This document shows positions 45,867 through 57,597 of a DNA stretch of 64,000 nucleotides, piece after piece. The notes below the pieces were generated by a model. That model was not told the DNA's origin. It saw only the letters and a list, made by a program, of their open reading frames with translations, and did not search any database. The stretch is taken from NCBI GenBank assembly GCA_050246755.1, contig JBFWVL010000005.1, positions 193,076 through 257,075 of the forward strand. Reading direction: 5' to 3'. Every line of letters starts with the position of its first letter. The first letter of the stretch is position 1. Both the position numbers and the translations under genes were made by a program. Origin of the DNA: Bacteriovoracia bacterium. Lineage in GTDB: Bacteria > Bdellovibrionota > UBA1018 > CAIPTA01.

Positions 45867-46109
45867 TTGCCAAAAAGTTCATTTGGTAATAGAGTAGAAA
45901 GCACAAGTCAGGCCCTCAAAAAGCCTGACACGCTCTTTGAAAATTTCAGATGGTTAAACACGCGTGAAGCAGCGGTGTACCTGGGCACAACTCCGAAACA
46001 GATTCGGAATTGGGTCTATCAAGGAAAAATCAAAAGCTACAAACTTCTCGGGCGTAGTCTCCGATTCAGGGTTCAAGACCTCGACTCCTTACTCAAAGGA
46101 GTTTGGTAA
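45867..46109 (+). CDS. Excisionase-type HTH protein
   Basis: WLNTREAAVYLG..IRNWVYQGKI..LRF..DLD; TAATG overlap with the integrase. Confidence 0.85.
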   Translation: MPKSSFGNRVESTSQALKKPDTLFENFRWLNTREAAVYLGTTPKQIRNWVYQGKIKSYKLLGRSLRFRVQDLDSLLKGVW

Positions 46110-47263
46110 TGGGAGTTACGTCATACCGAAAGGAAGTTTCCCCCGGCGTCTTCAAGACTTTTTATCGAGTCACCGCCGAGGGCGTAAATAAGTACACCAG
46201 AAAAAGAATCCAGAAGAGACGCATCGGGATTACCTCTAAACCGAAGGCTGACGGTATTTTCCGCGAGCTGTGGGTTCAATGCCGAGAGGAGCGGCCGGAC
46301 GGCCCCCGCATCGAAAGATGGGGTGAGCTGACGGACGCCTACCTCCGCTACGTCGAGAGCCAGGTGAGGAGCGAAACCAATAAAACGGGTTTCAGCCCCA
46401 AGACCCTGGAGAAGAAAAAAAGCCGCTTCGTCCATGTGAAGGAGTGGAACGATTCTCACCTCGACCTCATCACTCCGAAATGCGTGAAGGAAACGCTAGA
46501 CGCCCTCGAAATGCGCGGCCTCGCTGGCCGCGCGTTGACGAGCGAAATCCAAAAGGAAGTGCGTTGTGTTTTCGGTTACGCGGTGGATTGCGGGTATCTC
46601 AAGGTCAACCCGTTGGCCGAGATGACGAAGCGGGAGGTTCCGAAGAGAAAGAAAAAGGCGCTCAACCCCGAGGAGGTTAAAATCCTTCTCTCGGAAGCGC
46701 GCCAGCGGAACCACCCTTACTTTTTCATCTGGCTGTTCTCGATAGCCTTGGGATTGCGGCGGAGCGAGCTGGCGGGCCTCAAGTGGTCAGACATTGATTT
46801 CGATAATGGGCTGATTACTGTGCAGCGCCAGAACCTTCCAAAAGAAGGCATCGTAGACCGTCCGAAGGATAAGGAAGAGCGAACCGTCGCTATTCCTGCA
46901 TCCGTCGTCACGGCTCTCAAGGAATGCCGCCTCAGTTCGCAAAGCGAGTTCGTGGTGGACATTGACTGTAACCAGTGGAAAGGCGGCCACCAGGCCGCCG
47001 TGTTGCGGGAGTTCTGCCGAGAGATCGGCATTAAGGAAGTAACGCACCACCGGCTACGGGCGACCCATATAACGCTCGCGCTAATCAGCGGCATCCCCAT
47101 CGGGATCGTGAAAGAGAACGTGGGGCACGCCAAGCTGAGCACGACGGATGAATACTTCAGCTCGTCGGGTATCCAGATGCGCGGTCAAATGGATGGATTG
47201 AAAATCAACGTGCCTACGGGACAGGAGGCCGAAGTCGTGCCGCTCATGGGGGCGGCGCGATGA
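46109..47263 (+). CDS. Tyrosine recombinase/integrase
   Basis: GLRRSEL, K, HRLRAT, GHA, TDEY catalytic set. Confidence 0.95.
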   Translation: MGVTSYRKEVSPGVFKTFYRVTAEGVNKYTRKRIQKRRIGITSKPKADGIFRELWVQCREERPDGPRIERWGELTDAYLRYVESQVRSETNKTGFSPKTLEKKKSRFVHVKEWNDSHLDLITPKCVKETLDALEMRGLAGRALTSEIQKEVRCVFGYAVDCGYLKVNPLAEMTKREVPKRKKKALNPEEVKILLSEARQRNHPYFFIWLFSIALGLRRSELAGLKWSDIDFDNGLITVQRQNLPKEGIVDRPKDKEERTVAIPASVVTALKECRLSSQSEFVVDIDCNQWKGGHQAAVLREFCREIGIKEVTHHRLRATHITLALISGIPIGIVKENVGHAKLSTTDEYFSSSGIQMRGQMDGLKINVPTGQEAEVVPLMGAAR

Positions 47264-47319
47264 CCCCCTTCTCATCCCTGACAAAGCGTGATAACCCTTT
47301 GAAATTACTGGCCGGGAAT

Positions 47320-47330
47320 TACCCCGACCA
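47320..47330 (+). repeat. att core, integrase side
   Basis: TACCCCGACCA followed by a T-run, as at the tRNA-Pro 3' end. Confidence 0.85.
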
Positions 47331-47451
47331 TTTTTTGCCTGCCAAAACCTCACAGGTCTCATACTTCTTGGCTATTCTTTAAGCCCGTTTATCCGGCGGC
47401 AGGTAGCACAACGTAGGTCAAGCTTTCTGCCGCGAGTGTCGAAAAGTAGCC

Positions 47452-48420
47452 GTGCCCTACGGCTTTATTTTTACTCTTATTTTTTGGGTTTCGGCAGCCA
47501 TGCCGGCGCATGCTGCGCGTCCGGATCCGAGCGTTTTGCCGGTGGTGAAGGAGCGTCGTCCTAGCCGTGCCACCTGCGACCGCCGCATCCGTTACCTACG
47601 CAATGCCTACGATGCGAAATTATCTCCCGGCGAGGTATTGGATAAGGCCGCCGCCTCGGGAAAGAAAATCGTGGTCATCGGGGAGTCGCACTACGAGCGA
47701 GTGAACAAATTTTACCACTGGGCCTTTGGTGAAATGAAAAAAAAGAACCCGGCTTTGGATTGCATCCTTGTGGAACAGCCGCTGGCGAAATACCAGGCCG
47801 CGCTCGATGCGTGCCATGCCCGCCGTGGCTGCAAGCGCGCCAGCCTCCCAAGCTTTTCCGGTGTGGCCGCCGGGCTTGCGCTGGGGCTGAAAGTGAAGGC
47901 GATAGATGCCGAGACTAATTTCATGAATTTACCCAGCGATTTGCTGGCGGATTTAAATCGCCGCGATCGCTTCATGGCGAACGCTACCGAGGATTTATTC
48001 AAAAGCGGAGAATGCAAGTTTGCGCTCATGATAATCGGCGCAAACCACGCTCGTGGCTACGACCGGGAAACTTCCGTGGTGGCGGAGCTAAAAGCCAAAA
48101 ATTTTGATCCTTACAAAATCGAGCTGATCAGTCCCGGATTGAATAGAGACGGCTGCGCCGATTTCCGGTGGCGCTGGAAATCGATTGCGGGCAAAAAACT
48201 ATGCGCCGCGGAGATGCCGGTTCTCAAGGAAAATTTCGGCTTTCTCAACTCGAAGGATGGGGAGATCGTGCCTTCGGAATACGGGGATATTCCGGGGAAC
48301 GACGATACCCGGCGCAGCTACGGCTATTGGTCCGACTACGACGCCGTGATCGCTCTCGGCTGCAAAGATCCGGAAGCGTCTGCTTGCCCCCTGGAAATCT
48401 ATCCGGACTGCCGTCGTTAA
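47452..48420 (+). CDS. Secreted ChaN/EreA-superfamily-like protein
   Basis: Signal peptide; IGESH, LVEQP, RDRFMA, GANH. Confidence 0.55.
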   Translation: MPYGFIFTLIFWVSAAMPAHAARPDPSVLPVVKERRPSRATCDRRIRYLRNAYDAKLSPGEVLDKAAASGKKIVVIGESHYERVNKFYHWAFGEMKKKNPALDCILVEQPLAKYQAALDACHARRGCKRASLPSFSGVAAGLALGLKVKAIDAETNFMNLPSDLLADLNRRDRFMANATEDLFKSGECKFALMIIGANHARGYDRETSVVAELKAKNFDPYKIELISPGLNRDGCADFRWRWKSIAGKKLCAAEMPVLKENFGFLNSKDGEIVPSEYGDIPGNDDTRRSYGYWSDYDAVIALGCKDPEASACPLEIYPDCRR

Positions 48421-48569
48421 AAAAAGCCACACGTTTCCCGGCCGCAATTCCGACGATACGGTTTCCCTTCGCTAACAAATTCCTACTGGGCTTTTTGCCG
48501 CGCGCCCTTTCCCTTATCCTGAATTCATGAGCTCCCAACGGATTGGGAGAGAGTCCTCACGGAAGGGGA

Positions 48570-49964
48570 ATGCGGATGCGGCGCTGGTTGCCAATGGTTG
48601 GCTTGGTTCTGGTTTTAAGTGCGTGCGGAAGTGACGAAAATGAAAATGCCCAGGTGGCGGCCGGTGGCTGCGAGACCGATGGGGCCCGGCAGGTGCGGAG
48701 CGAAAGCGCCCTGGCCGCGGTTCCCGGGAATCGTTTCATCATAAAATTTTCCCAGAGAGCGGGCGCCCGCTCTCTGGGAACCCGCAGGCAGCGTACGCAG
48801 CGGATGATGTCTGGCTTGAGGCAGGGCGGCCGCGTGGAAGAGGTTGGCGAGGATCTTTCCGTTTTGATTCTTCCCGAAGCCACTACTAAAAGCGAGTTGG
48901 CAAAACAATTACCCGCGGAAGAAATCGAGTATATCGAGCCGGACGCGAAGGTCTTCGCTTCTTTCATCCCCGACGACCCAAAGCTTTCCAGCCAATGGGC
49001 TCACGCGATGATTGGTTCGTCGGCGGCCTGGGATATCAGCCGCGGAAGCGCGAGCGTGGTGGTGGCGGTGCTGGATTCCGGCGTGGATTATACTCATCCC
49101 GATCTCGCCGCGAATATGTGGAAGAATCCCGGTGAGATCGCCGGTAACGGCATCGACGACGATGGCGACGGCTTCGTAGACGACTTGTACGGCTGGAACT
49201 TCGTGAGTAATAATAATTCCCCCATGGCCGACGACGGCTCCTTTCACGGCACGCACGTGGCGGGAACCGTGGGAGCGGTGGGTGATAATGGGATCGGGAT
49301 ATCTGGCCATTCACCGAAGGTGAAGCTAATGGCCCTGAAGTTCTTAGGCAGTGAGGGCGCGGGATATACCTCCGACGCGATCAAGGGCGTGAACTACGCC
49401 GTCGATCATGGGGCGAAGATCATTAATAATAGCTGGGGCGGAAGCTCGAAGTCCCAGGCGCTTTCGGCGGCGATCGACCACGCGCGCGCGGCCGGAGTTC
49501 TCTTCGTGGTGGCGGCCGGTAACGAGGGCCAAAATAACGATAAAGTAGACGCTTATCCCACGAACTATCCCCAAGACAATCTCGTGCGGGTGGCGGCTAG
49601 CAATAGCTCCGATAAACTGGTGAGCTGGAGCAACTACGGCGCGAAGAAGGTGGATCTGGCGGCTCCGGGCGTGAACATCTATTCCACCAAAAATGGAAAT
49701 TCTTATCAAAATCTAAGCGGCACTTCGATGGCGACCCCGCTGGTCTCCGGGGTATTGGCAACCATGATCGCGGTGAGGCCAGATCTTTCTTACCAGCAGA
49801 TCAAGGGGGCCTTGCTTGAGACGGTGGACGTGAAATCCGCCTACCGTGGAAAGGTGGCTTGGAACGGAAGGGTGAATGCAGCCAAAGCTTTGGCCGAGGT
49901 AGTTAGGCTCGACGTGAACTGGACACCGCCGGATCCGCCGGTTGGGCCGGGCTGCACGGAATAA
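48570..49964 (+). CDS. Subtilisin-like S8 serine protease, lipoprotein
   Basis: LSAC lipobox; VLDSG, HGTHVAG, AAGN, GTSMATP. Confidence 0.95.
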   Translation: MRMRRWLPMVGLVLVLSACGSDENENAQVAAGGCETDGARQVRSESALAAVPGNRFIIKFSQRAGARSLGTRRQRTQRMMSGLRQGGRVEEVGEDLSVLILPEATTKSELAKQLPAEEIEYIEPDAKVFASFIPDDPKLSSQWAHAMIGSSAAWDISRGSASVVVAVLDSGVDYTHPDLAANMWKNPGEIAGNGIDDDGDGFVDDLYGWNFVSNNNSPMADDGSFHGTHVAGTVGAVGDNGIGISGHSPKVKLMALKFLGSEGAGYTSDAIKGVNYAVDHGAKIINNSWGGSSKSQALSAAIDHARAAGVLFVVAAGNEGQNNDKVDAYPTNYPQDNLVRVAASNSSDKLVSWSNYGAKKVDLAAPGVNIYSTKNGNSYQNLSGTSMATPLVSGVLATMIAVRPDLSYQQIKGALLETVDVKSAYRGKVAWNGRVNAAKALAEVVRLDVNWTPPDPPVGPGCTE

Positions 49965-50089
49965 GCCCGGCGTGCCATTTTTGACATTGGTGCGCCGCGC
50001 CTTTATGGTGATTTAATAAAATATACGTATATATATTTATAAGTAAGTAAAAATAGAGAATACTCCGATTTAGGCAGTGGAGCATTCCT

Positions 50090-51472
50090 ATGGCAGTTGA
50101 TCGAAAAAATCCGGCTGTTTTATTGGTGGACGCCGACGAGAGTTTTCTCCAAGAATGTAAGGCGGGGAATAAAAGCGCGGTGGACATCCGGATAGCTACC
50201 GAGAGGATAGCCGCGCAATTAAAACTAGCTAATAAAGACATTTTTTTTACCGCCGTATGCTTAAACGCCTCCGCGTGTGCGCCTTATGCACTCCCCTTAG
50301 TGCGCTTCACGAAAGCGCATCGCCCGGCCACGCCCATTTATCTTCTGAGCGATACGCCGGAAAACGCTCCGAAAGCGGAGATTTTGGATGAGTTGCGGAT
50401 CGAGGGCGTGATTGCAAAACCGATAAAGCCCAAGGATTTAATTAATTCCATTTTTCCCTACACGCTTTTCGAAATGGAAAAGCTGGTGAATCTGAGCAAG
50501 AAAGACCAATCGGCGGCAGACACGGCTTTGGCTGCCGAGGATAAGGAAATGCACGCGATTTCCGCCAAGGATTTCCTTTGCGGATCAAAATCTTTTTTCG
50601 ACGTCTACGTGCGTTTGGCCTCGGGAAAATACATCAAGCTTTTGAAGGCCGGAGATAAATTTGATCTGGAGCGAGTAAAATCTTATCTCGTTAAGGGAGT
50701 GACCCATTTTTATATGCGCAAAGAAGCGCAAGAGGTTTTCCTGCAGTACTGCGATAAGGTTACCGAAACCCTTCTTAAAGAAAAGTCGGTTCCGGTGGAG
50801 ATGAAAATCGACCAGGTTTTGAATTTCGGCAAAGAAACCATGGACTTCATGAAAGATAAGGGTTTTAACGAGGCCACGCTGCAAACGGCCATGCAATTCG
50901 TAAAGCATGCCCATTCTCTCACGCGAGATTTGGCGCCGAGCGTGCTCGATACTTACTTAGAAAAAGTAGCGCACGCTGCTCATGGATCGGGCACCTTGAT
51001 GGTGCTTTCGCTTTTCATGGAAACCCTTGGCTATAAGGACCGGAAAACAATTGAGGTGATCGCGCTGGGCGGCTTGTTTCACGATATCGGCCTAATGAAT
51101 ATGCCCGAAAAATTTCAGCATGAGAACGAAGACGAGCTCACCGAAGCGGAGCTTACTGAATTCCACAAACATCCGATTGTGGGAGAGGAGATGTTAAAGG
51201 GAATCCGCCGCCTGAATCCGCTCGTGCCGCAGGTAGTATTGCAGCATCATGAACGCCGAACACGCAACGGTTTTCCCTATAAGCTAGGAGCGGGAGCAAT
51301 CTCTCCCGTTTCCGAAATGATCGGAATTGCGGATACGTTTAACCAATTGATCCGGCGTTCGGCCACGCAAAAGCGGATTGATCCCATCGCGGAAATGGAA
51401 AATAAATACTTTAATTCCTTTTCTTTCCCCGTTATCGAGGCCTTTCAGAAAATATTTTGTAAGAAATTATAA
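50090..51472 (+). CDS. HD-GYP-type phosphodiesterase with degenerate receiver domain
   Basis: FHDIG, HP..G, QHHER..GFP, IADTF. Confidence 0.85.
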   Translation: MAVDRKNPAVLLVDADESFLQECKAGNKSAVDIRIATERIAAQLKLANKDIFFTAVCLNASACAPYALPLVRFTKAHRPATPIYLLSDTPENAPKAEILDELRIEGVIAKPIKPKDLINSIFPYTLFEMEKLVNLSKKDQSAADTALAAEDKEMHAISAKDFLCGSKSFFDVYVRLASGKYIKLLKAGDKFDLERVKSYLVKGVTHFYMRKEAQEVFLQYCDKVTETLLKEKSVPVEMKIDQVLNFGKETMDFMKDKGFNEATLQTAMQFVKHAHSLTRDLAPSVLDTYLEKVAHAAHGSGTLMVLSLFMETLGYKDRKTIEVIALGGLFHDIGLMNMPEKFQHENEDELTEAELTEFHKHPIVGEEMLKGIRRLNPLVPQVVLQHHERRTRNGFPYKLGAGAISPVSEMIGIADTFNQLIRRSATQKRIDPIAEMENKYFNSFSFPVIEAFQKIFCKKL

Positions 51473-51482
51473 ACGCAAAATG

Positions 51483-51517
51483 AAAACGCCGGGCCCCAGA
51501 GTGGGCCCGGCGTTTTT
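51483..51517. terminator. Bidirectional terminator
   Basis: AAAACGCCGGGCCC-loop-GGGCCCGGCGTTTT between convergent genes. Confidence 0.85.
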
Positions 51518-51526
51518 GTGGAGGGA

Positions 51527-54500
51527 TCAGTGCTGGTCGGTAGAAGGGTTATCTGCCACGGTCAGCTTTTTTCCGGGCTCATTGGGGCCGGCGGTCCGTT
51601 TGCGGCCCACGCCTTTCTTGAGCCAGATATGAATAACCGATAGCAGTTTGTCGGGATCTACGGGCTTGGTGATATAGTCCGAAGCGCCGGCTTCGAGCGC
51701 TTTATCGCGGTCACCCTTCATGGCTTTCGCCGTGAGCGAGATGATCGGCAGGCGCTTGAACTTATTGTTCTTGCGGATCTCGGAGGTGGCCGTAAGACCG
51801 TCCATTTCGGGCATCATGGTATCCATGAGCACGATGTCCACGTCGGCATTCTCTTCCAGCAGTTTGATCCCGGCCTTGCCGTTCTCCGCGTGGAGAACCT
51901 TGATGCCACGAGACTCGAGGATCGAGTTAATGGCGAAAATATTGCGGATATCGTCGTCCATCAGCAGGATTTTCTTGCCGGAGAAATCCACGCCCTCGGG
52001 CAGGGCAGGGATATCAGCATTGTTCTCGGTGGAGGCTACGGTTTCGGTGCTCTCGCCTCTCGAGGCCTCAGGCCCCATATAGTTCTGCGGCATGTAGAGG
52101 GTGAAGGTGGAACCCGCGCCCGGAACGCTCTCCACGCGAATCCAGCCACCGAGCAAGCGCGCGATTTCGCGGCTGATCGTGAGGCCGAGGCCCGTGCCGC
52201 CGTATTTGCGGCTGGTGGTGCCATCGGCCTGCTGGAAGGCTTCGAAGATGAGGTTCTGTTTTTCGGCCGGAATCCCGATGCCCGTATCCCGCACCGCGAA
52301 GGCGATAATGGGCTGGGCCGGATTGGCCGTAGCGGCGACGCCTAGTTCTTTGGCGTCCGGCATGGAGATGGTGAGGTCCACTTTGCCGGTTTCCGTGAAC
52401 TTGAACGCGTTCGAGAGCAGATTCTTCAGGATCTGATTCAAGCGGTTCGAATCCGTGAACATATCGGCCGGTAATCCAGGGCCCATCTTGATATCGAAAT
52501 CGAGCCCTTTCTGCGCAGCCATATGGCGGAAGGTTTGCTCCACGTACTCTTGGATTTCGGGAACGCGGATCTTCTTGGGGTAGATCGGCATTTTGCCGGC
52601 TTCCACTTTGGATAGATCGAGGATCTCGTTGATGAGGCCGAGGAGATCGTTTCCGGAATCAAATACGGTTTTCGCAAACCGCACTTGCTCGCCGGTGAGG
52701 TTCCCGCCTTTGTTCTCCGAGAGCATTTTCGAGAGGATCAAGAGAGAGTTCAGTGGCGTTCTTAATTCATGGCTCATATTCGCCAAGAATTCGCTCTTAT
52801 ACTTCGAAATGAGCTGGAGCTGTTCGGCCTTCTCTTCCACGGAGCGGGAAGCGAGTTCCACCTCCTGGTTCTTGATCTCGAGCAGCTTGGCTTTCTCGTT
52901 CAGTTCTCCGGCTTGCGCCTCGAGCTCGGCGTTGGAACGCTTCAGCTCCTGGAGCAGCTCTTCCGTTCTCATGGAAGAGGAGATCATGTTCAAGATTACA
53001 CCGATGGAGTCCATGAGCTGATCGAGGAAGCTCAGCTGGTTGGGGCTGAACTGCTTGAAGGAAGCGAGCTCGATCACGGCTTTGGTTTCACCCTCGAAGA
53101 GCACGGGCAGTACCACCACTTGCTTCGGCGGAGCCTCGCCCAAACCCGACTGGATCTGGATGAAGTTTTCCGGGATATCGGTGAGGAGAATGCGCTTCTT
53201 CTCGTAGGCGCACTGGCCGATGAGATTTTCCTTCAGCTTGTAGTGCGTCTGGAGGTTCTTGCGAACGGTGAAACCGTAGCTCGCGATCAGGTTCAGCATC
53301 GCGTCGCCTTTTTCGCTGTTCTCCATCATGAAGAACCCGCCATGGTGGGCATCAATGAGGGGAGTGAGTTCGCTCATGATCAGCTGAGCCACCGACACGA
53401 TATTCCGCTGGCCTTGCATCATCCCGGAGAACTTTGCGAGGTTGGTCTTCAGCCAGTCTTGCTCTTGGTTTTTATTCGTCGTGTCCTTCAGGTTGGAGAT
53501 CATCTGGTTGATGTTATCTTTCAACTGAAGTACTTCGCCCTGCGCTTCCACGTTGATCGAACGGGTAAGGTCACCCTTCGTTACGGCGGTGGATACGTCG
53601 GCGATGGCGCGCACCTGAGACGTCAGGTTACCGGCGAGCTGGTTCACGTTGTCGGTGAGCTCTCTCCAGGTACCGGCGGCGCCGGGTACTTTGGCCTGAC
53701 CACCAAGTTTTCCTTCGATTCCTACTTCCCTGGCTACCGTCGTTACTTGGTCGGCGAAGGTACGAAGCGTATCGGTCATGGAGTTAATCGTCTCGGCCAA
53801 GGCGGCCACTTCCCCTTTGGCTTCGAGTACGAATTTCTGGTTCAGGTCTCCGTTGGCTACGGCCGTAACTACTTTCACGATCCCGCGCACCTGCGTGGTG
53901 AGGTTGGAGGCCATGAAGTTTACGTTGTCGGTGAGATCCTTCCAGGTTCCGGCTACCCCGGGTACCCGGGCCTGGGCTCCGAGTTTTCCTTCGATACCTA
54001 CCTCGCGGGCAACCGTGGTTACCTGATCGGCGAAGATACGGAGCGTGTCGGTCATGGAGTTAATAGTTTCGGCGAGCGCCGCTACCTCTCCTTTGGCTTC
54101 GAGGGCGAACTTTTGGTTAAGGTCTCCGTTCGCTACGGCCGTTACTACTTTCACGATACCTCGCACTTGCTTGGTAAGGTTGGAGGCCATGAAGTTCACG
54201 TTATCGGTGAGATCCTTCCAGGTTCCGCTCACGCCTTTTACTTCGGCCTGGCCCCCGAGCTTTCCTTCAGTACCTACCTCTTTTGCTACCCTCGTTACCT
54301 CGGCGGCGAAGGAGTTGAGCTGGTCCACCATCGTATTGATGGTGTTTTTCAGTTCGGCGATTTCGCCCTTGGCATCTACCGTAATTTTTTGCGACAAGTC
54401 GCCCTTCGCTACGGCGGTCGTTACCTTCGCGATGTTACGCACTTGGTTGGTGAGGTTAGAGGCCAATTGGTTTACGTTATCGGTGAGATCCTTCCACGTA

Positions 54501-57148
54501 CCGCTCACGCCTTTTACTTCGGCCTGGCCCCCGAGTTTTCCTTCGGTACCTACTTCTTTTGCTACCCTCGTTACCTCGGCGGCGAAGGAGTTGAGCTGGT
54601 CCACCATCGTATTGATCGTAGATTTCAACTCTGCGATCTCGCCTTTGGCGTCTACCGTGATCTTCTGAGACAAGTCGCCTTTCGCTACGGCGGTCGTCAC
54701 CTTCGCGATGTTACGCACCTGAGTGGTTAAGTTGGCGGCGAGAACGTTCACGTTGTCGGTTAGATCTTTCCACGTACCGGATACGCCGCGTACGTCGGCC
54801 TGGCCTCCAAGTTTTCCTTCGGTACCTACCTCTTTTGCTACCCTGGTTACCTCGGCGGCAAAGGAGCGGAGTTGATCCACCATCACGTTAATCGTGGATT
54901 TTAATTCCAAGATCTCGCCCTTAGCTTCTACCGTAATCTTCTGCGATAAGTCTCCGTTCGCTACGGCCGTGGTTACGTTCGCAATGTTACGCACTTGGTT
55001 GGTCAAGTTGGAGGCGAGACCATTCACGTTGTCGGTGAGGTCTTTCCAGGTTCCGCTCACGCCTTTTACTTCGGCCTGGCCTCCGAGTTTTCCTTCGGTA
55101 CCTACCTCTTTTGCCACCCGGGTTACCTCAGCGGCGAAGGAGTTCAGCGTGTCCACCATCGTGTTGATCGTATTCTTGAGGGCGAGAATCTCGCCTTCGG
55201 CGTCTACCGTAATTTTCTGCGACAAGTCGCCTTTCGCTACGGCGGTGGTTACTTTGGCGATGTTACGCACTTGGTTGGTCAAGTTGGAGGCGAGACCATT
55301 CACGTTGTCGGTGAGGTCTTTCCAGGTTCCGCTCACGCCTTTTACGTCGGCCTGGCCCCCGAGTTTCCCTTCGGTACCTACCTCTTTTGCTACCCGGGTT
55401 ACCTCGGCAGCGAAACTTCTCAGCGTGTCCACCATCGTGTTGATCGTGTTTTTCAGCTCGTAGATCTCGCCTCGCGCATCTACGGTGATTTTCTGCGAAA
55501 GGTCTCCGTTAGCTACGGCGGTGGTTACCTTCGCGATGTTACGCACTTGGTTGGTCAAGTTGGATGCCAAGCCGTTTACGTTGTCGGTGAGGTCTTTCCA
55601 GGTTCCCGATACCCCTTTTACTTCGGCCTGACCCCCGAGCTTCCCTTCGTTACCTACCTCTTTTGCTACCCGGGTTACCTCGGCGGCGAAGGAGGAGAGC
55701 TGGTCCACCATTTTATTAATTACGTCTTTAATCTGAAGAAACTCACCTTTTACGTCTACGGTGATTTTTTGCGTTAAGTCTCCGTTCGCGATTGCCGAGG
55801 ACACCTTCGATACGTCGCGTAGCTGTACGGTGAGGTTGGAGGCCATCGTGTTCACGTTGTCGGTGAGGTCTTTCCAGGTTCCCGTCACACCTTTTACGTC
55901 GGCCTGGCCCCCGAGTTTGCCTTCGGTACCTACCTCTTTTGCTACCCTCGTTACCTCGGCGGCGAAAGATCGAAGCGTGTCCACCATCGTATTGATCGTG
56001 TTCTTGAGCTCGTATACCTCGCCCCTCGCATCTACGGTAATTTTCTGCGACAAGTCTCCGTTTGCTACGGCGGTGGTTACTTTGGCGATATTACGTACTT
56101 GGTTCGTTAAGTTGGCGGCGAGAACGTTCACGTTGTCGGTTAGATCTTTCCACGTACCGGATACGCCGCGTACGTCGGCCTGACCCCCAAGGCGACCTTC
56201 GTTACCTACCTCTTTTGCTACCCTCGTTACCTCGGAGGCGAAAGAGTTGAGCTGGTCCACCATCGTATTGATCGTGGATTTCAGCTCGAGAATCTCGCCC
56301 TTGGCGTCTACGGTAATTTTCTGACTCAAGTCGCCTTTTGCTACGGCCGTCGTTACTTTGGCGATGTTACGCACTTGGTTGGTCAAGTTGGAGGCGAGAC
56401 CATTCACGTTGTCGGTTAGATCTTTCCAGGTTCCCGATACCCCTTTTACCTCGGCCTGACCGCCGAGCTTTCCTTCGTTACCTACCTCTTTTGCTACCCT
56501 CGTTACCTCGGCGGCGAAGGAATTGAGCTGATCCACCATGGAATTTACCGTGGTACCGATCCGGAAGAATTCCCCCCTTACCGGGCGGCCTTCGATCTCG
56601 AGGGAGATTTTCTGACTCAAGTCGCCTTTAGCTACGGCCGTAATTACCCGCGCTACCTCATTCGTCGGAGCTACAAGGTCTCCGATCAGTTGGTTTACGG
56701 AGTTTACGGAAGAAGCCCAGGATCCTTTCGCGGGACCCACCGAGGCTCTCTCCGTCATCCTACCTTCCTGACCTACGATCTTACCTACGCGCACTAGTTC
56801 GTGGGCGGTATGTTCATTGAGGCCGATGATGTCGTTTAGCAATTCACCTGCGCGGCTGAGGATTCCGCCTTTTTCGTTGGAGAGACGAACCGAGAAGTCA
56901 CCGCTCTTAACGGCTTTTAAAACTTCCACGAGGCTGTCGATTTCGTCCTTAGAGGAGTCGGACAATAAATCCCATTCGGTGGAAGATCCACGAGTTTGGC
57001 GCATACTCTTCAACCCGTGCCCGTTTCCGTCTCGCATCGGGACGGTGATAGGGGTGTCTTTCAATACGGGCTTTGCGCCGGCGATGGCGGCTTTGCCGCG
57101 GCCATTTTTCTTTTCATTCTTTTTTAAGGACGGATTCATCGGTTCCAC
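51527..57148 (-). CDS. Poly-HAMP hybrid histidine kinase (HAMP array-GAF-HisKA-HATPase-REC; NIK1/OS-1-like)
   Basis: 11 copies of TW(K/R)(D/E)LTDNVN at a 92-aa period; [26 protein letters not shown], receiver. Confidence 0.95.
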   Translation of the reverse strand: MEPMNPSLKKNEKKNGRGKAAIAGAKPVLKDTPITVPMRDGNGHGLKSMRQTRGSSTEWDLLSDSSKDEIDSLVEVLKAVKSGDFSVRLSNEKGGILSRAGELLNDIIGLNEHTAHELVRVGKIVGQEGRMTERASVGPAKGSWASSVNSVNQLIGDLVAPTNEVARVITAVAKGDLSQKISLEIEGRPVRGEFFRIGTTVNSMVDQLNSFAAEVTRVAKEVGNEGKLGGQAEVKGVSGTWKDLTDNVNGLASNLTNQVRNIAKVTTAVAKGDLSQKITVDAKGEILELKSTINTMVDQLNSFASEVTRVAKEVGNEGRLGGQADVRGVSGTWKDLTDNVNVLAANLTNQVRNIAKVTTAVANGDLSQKITVDARGEVYELKNTINTMVDTLRSFAAEVTRVAKEVGTEGKLGGQADVKGVTGTWKDLTDNVNTMASNLTVQLRDVSKVSSAIANGDLTQKITVDVKGEFLQIKDVINKMVDQLSSFAAEVTRVAKEVGNEGKLGGQAEVKGVSGTWKDLTDNVNGLASNLTNQVRNIAKVTTAVANGDLSQKITVDARGEIYELKNTINTMVDTLRSFAAEVTRVAKEVGTEGKLGGQADVKGVSGTWKDLTDNVNGLASNLTNQVRNIAKVTTAVAKGDLSQKITVDAEGEILALKNTINTMVDTLNSFAAEVTRVAKEVGTEGKLGGQAEVKGVSGTWKDLTDNVNGLASNLTNQVRNIANVTTAVANGDLSQKITVEAKGEILELKSTINVMVDQLRSFAAEVTRVAKEVGTEGKLGGQADVRGVSGTWKDLTDNVNVLAANLTTQVRNIAKVTTAVAKGDLSQKITVDAKGEIAELKSTINTMVDQLNSFAAEVTRVAKEVGTEGKLGGQAEVKGVSGTWKDLTDNVNQLASNLTNQVRNIAKVTTAVAKGDLSQKITVDAKGEIAELKNTINTMVDQLNSFAAEVTRVAKEVGTEGKLGGQAEVKGVSGTWKDLTDNVNFMASNLTKQVRGIVKVVTAVANGDLNQKFALEAKGEVAALAETINSMTDTLRIFADQVTTVAREVGIEGKLGAQARVPGVAGTWKDLTDNVNFMASNLTTQVRGIVKVVTAVANGDLNQKFVLEAKGEVAALAETINSMTDTLRTFADQVTTVAREVGIEGKLGGQAKVPGAAGTWRELTDNVNQLAGNLTSQVRAIADVSTAVTKGDLTRSINVEAQGEVLQLKDNINQMISNLKDTTNKNQEQDWLKTNLAKFSGMMQGQRNIVSVAQLIMSELTPLIDAHHGGFFMMENSEKGDAMLNLIASYGFTVRKNLQTHYKLKENLIGQCAYEKKRILLTDIPENFIQIQSGLGEAPPKQVVVLPVLFEGETKAVIELASFKQFSPNQLSFLDQLMDSIGVILNMISSSMRTEELLQELKRSNAELEAQAGELNEKAKLLEIKNQEVELASRSVEEKAEQLQLISKYKSEFLANMSHELRTPLNSLLILSKMLSENKGGNLTGEQVRFAKTVFDSGNDLLGLINEILDLSKVEAGKMPIYPKKIRVPEIQEYVEQTFRHMAAQKGLDFDIKMGPGLPADMFTDSNRLNQILKNLLSNAFKFTETGKVDLTISMPDAKELGVAATANPAQPIIAFAVRDTGIGIPAEKQNLIFEAFQQADGTTSRKYGGTGLGLTISREIARLLGGWIRVESVPGAGSTFTLYMPQNYMGPEASRGESTETVASTENNADIPALPEGVDFSGKKILLMDDDIRNIFAINSILESRGIKVLHAENGKAGIKLLEENADVDIVLMDTMMPEMDGLTATSEIRKNNKFKRLPIISLTAKAMKGDRDKALEAGASDYITKPVDPDKLLSVIHIWLKKGVGRKRTAGPNEPGKKLTVADNPSTDQH

Positions 57149-57597
57149 GCAAATTCCCCCTCAGGAATTAAATTTTCATTCTTCAGTGATCGTAGATAGG
57201 ACGTAAGAATGCCTCGAGAATAAGGGAGAAAACCTAGGAGCTTGTGGCAAAAAATGCAACTGCGACAAAGTTGTCGTTCCCGCAGCGGATGAGATTATTT
57301 TTCGTCATAAAATTTATTTTCTCCCCGTAGAAGCGCAAAAACTTTAAGGACAAGGAAAAAAGGTGCGGCATTTTTCCCTGGCCGCGGTTTTTGCGCGGGC
57401 GGCGCTTTTGTTGGGGGCTTACGCCAGTTTTTGGATTTTTCGCGGGTGGCCGAAAGAGAAACGGGAAAGTTTCGCTTGTCTGAGTTCTTACCTAACCTTA
57501 TCAACAAATACAGGCCTTGGAATTTAGAGCCGTGGGGATTCCTACGCTCATTTTGAGAAAGCGACTAAACTTGAGCGCAAGTGTGCAAAATACGAGA

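Larger units (their letters stand above)
14474..47330. mobile_element. Integrative conjugative element (~32.9 kb) at tRNA-Pro
   Basis: TACCCCGACCA at the tRNA 3' end (14474-14484) recurs at 47320-47330, 56 bp after a tyrosine integrase; xis, VirB-like genes, coupling ATPase and relaxase lie between. Confidence 0.9.

Noticed and set aside
14474-47330. Prophage interpretation of int/xis/XRE genes
   Set aside because: No capsid, terminase, tail or lysis genes; conjugation genes are present instead.
48570-49964. S8 protease as the dedicated maturation protease of the peptide cassette
   Set aside because: Lies outside the att repeat at 47320-47330 and about 15 kb from the cassette; no evidence of linkage.
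49963-49977. TGGCACG on the minus strand as a sigma54 promoter
   Set aside because: No TTGC/GC at the -12 position, and it points antisense into the protease gene.
52769-56183. Long plus-strand ORFs (653, 260, 207 aa etc.) over the HAMP kinase
   Set aside because: Antisense shadows of a repetitive gene; no independent motifs.
53600-56600. Tandem DNA repeats as a possible CRISPR array or satellite
   Set aside because: The period is 276 bp, in frame, with synonymous variation; these are coding HAMP repeats with no spacers.
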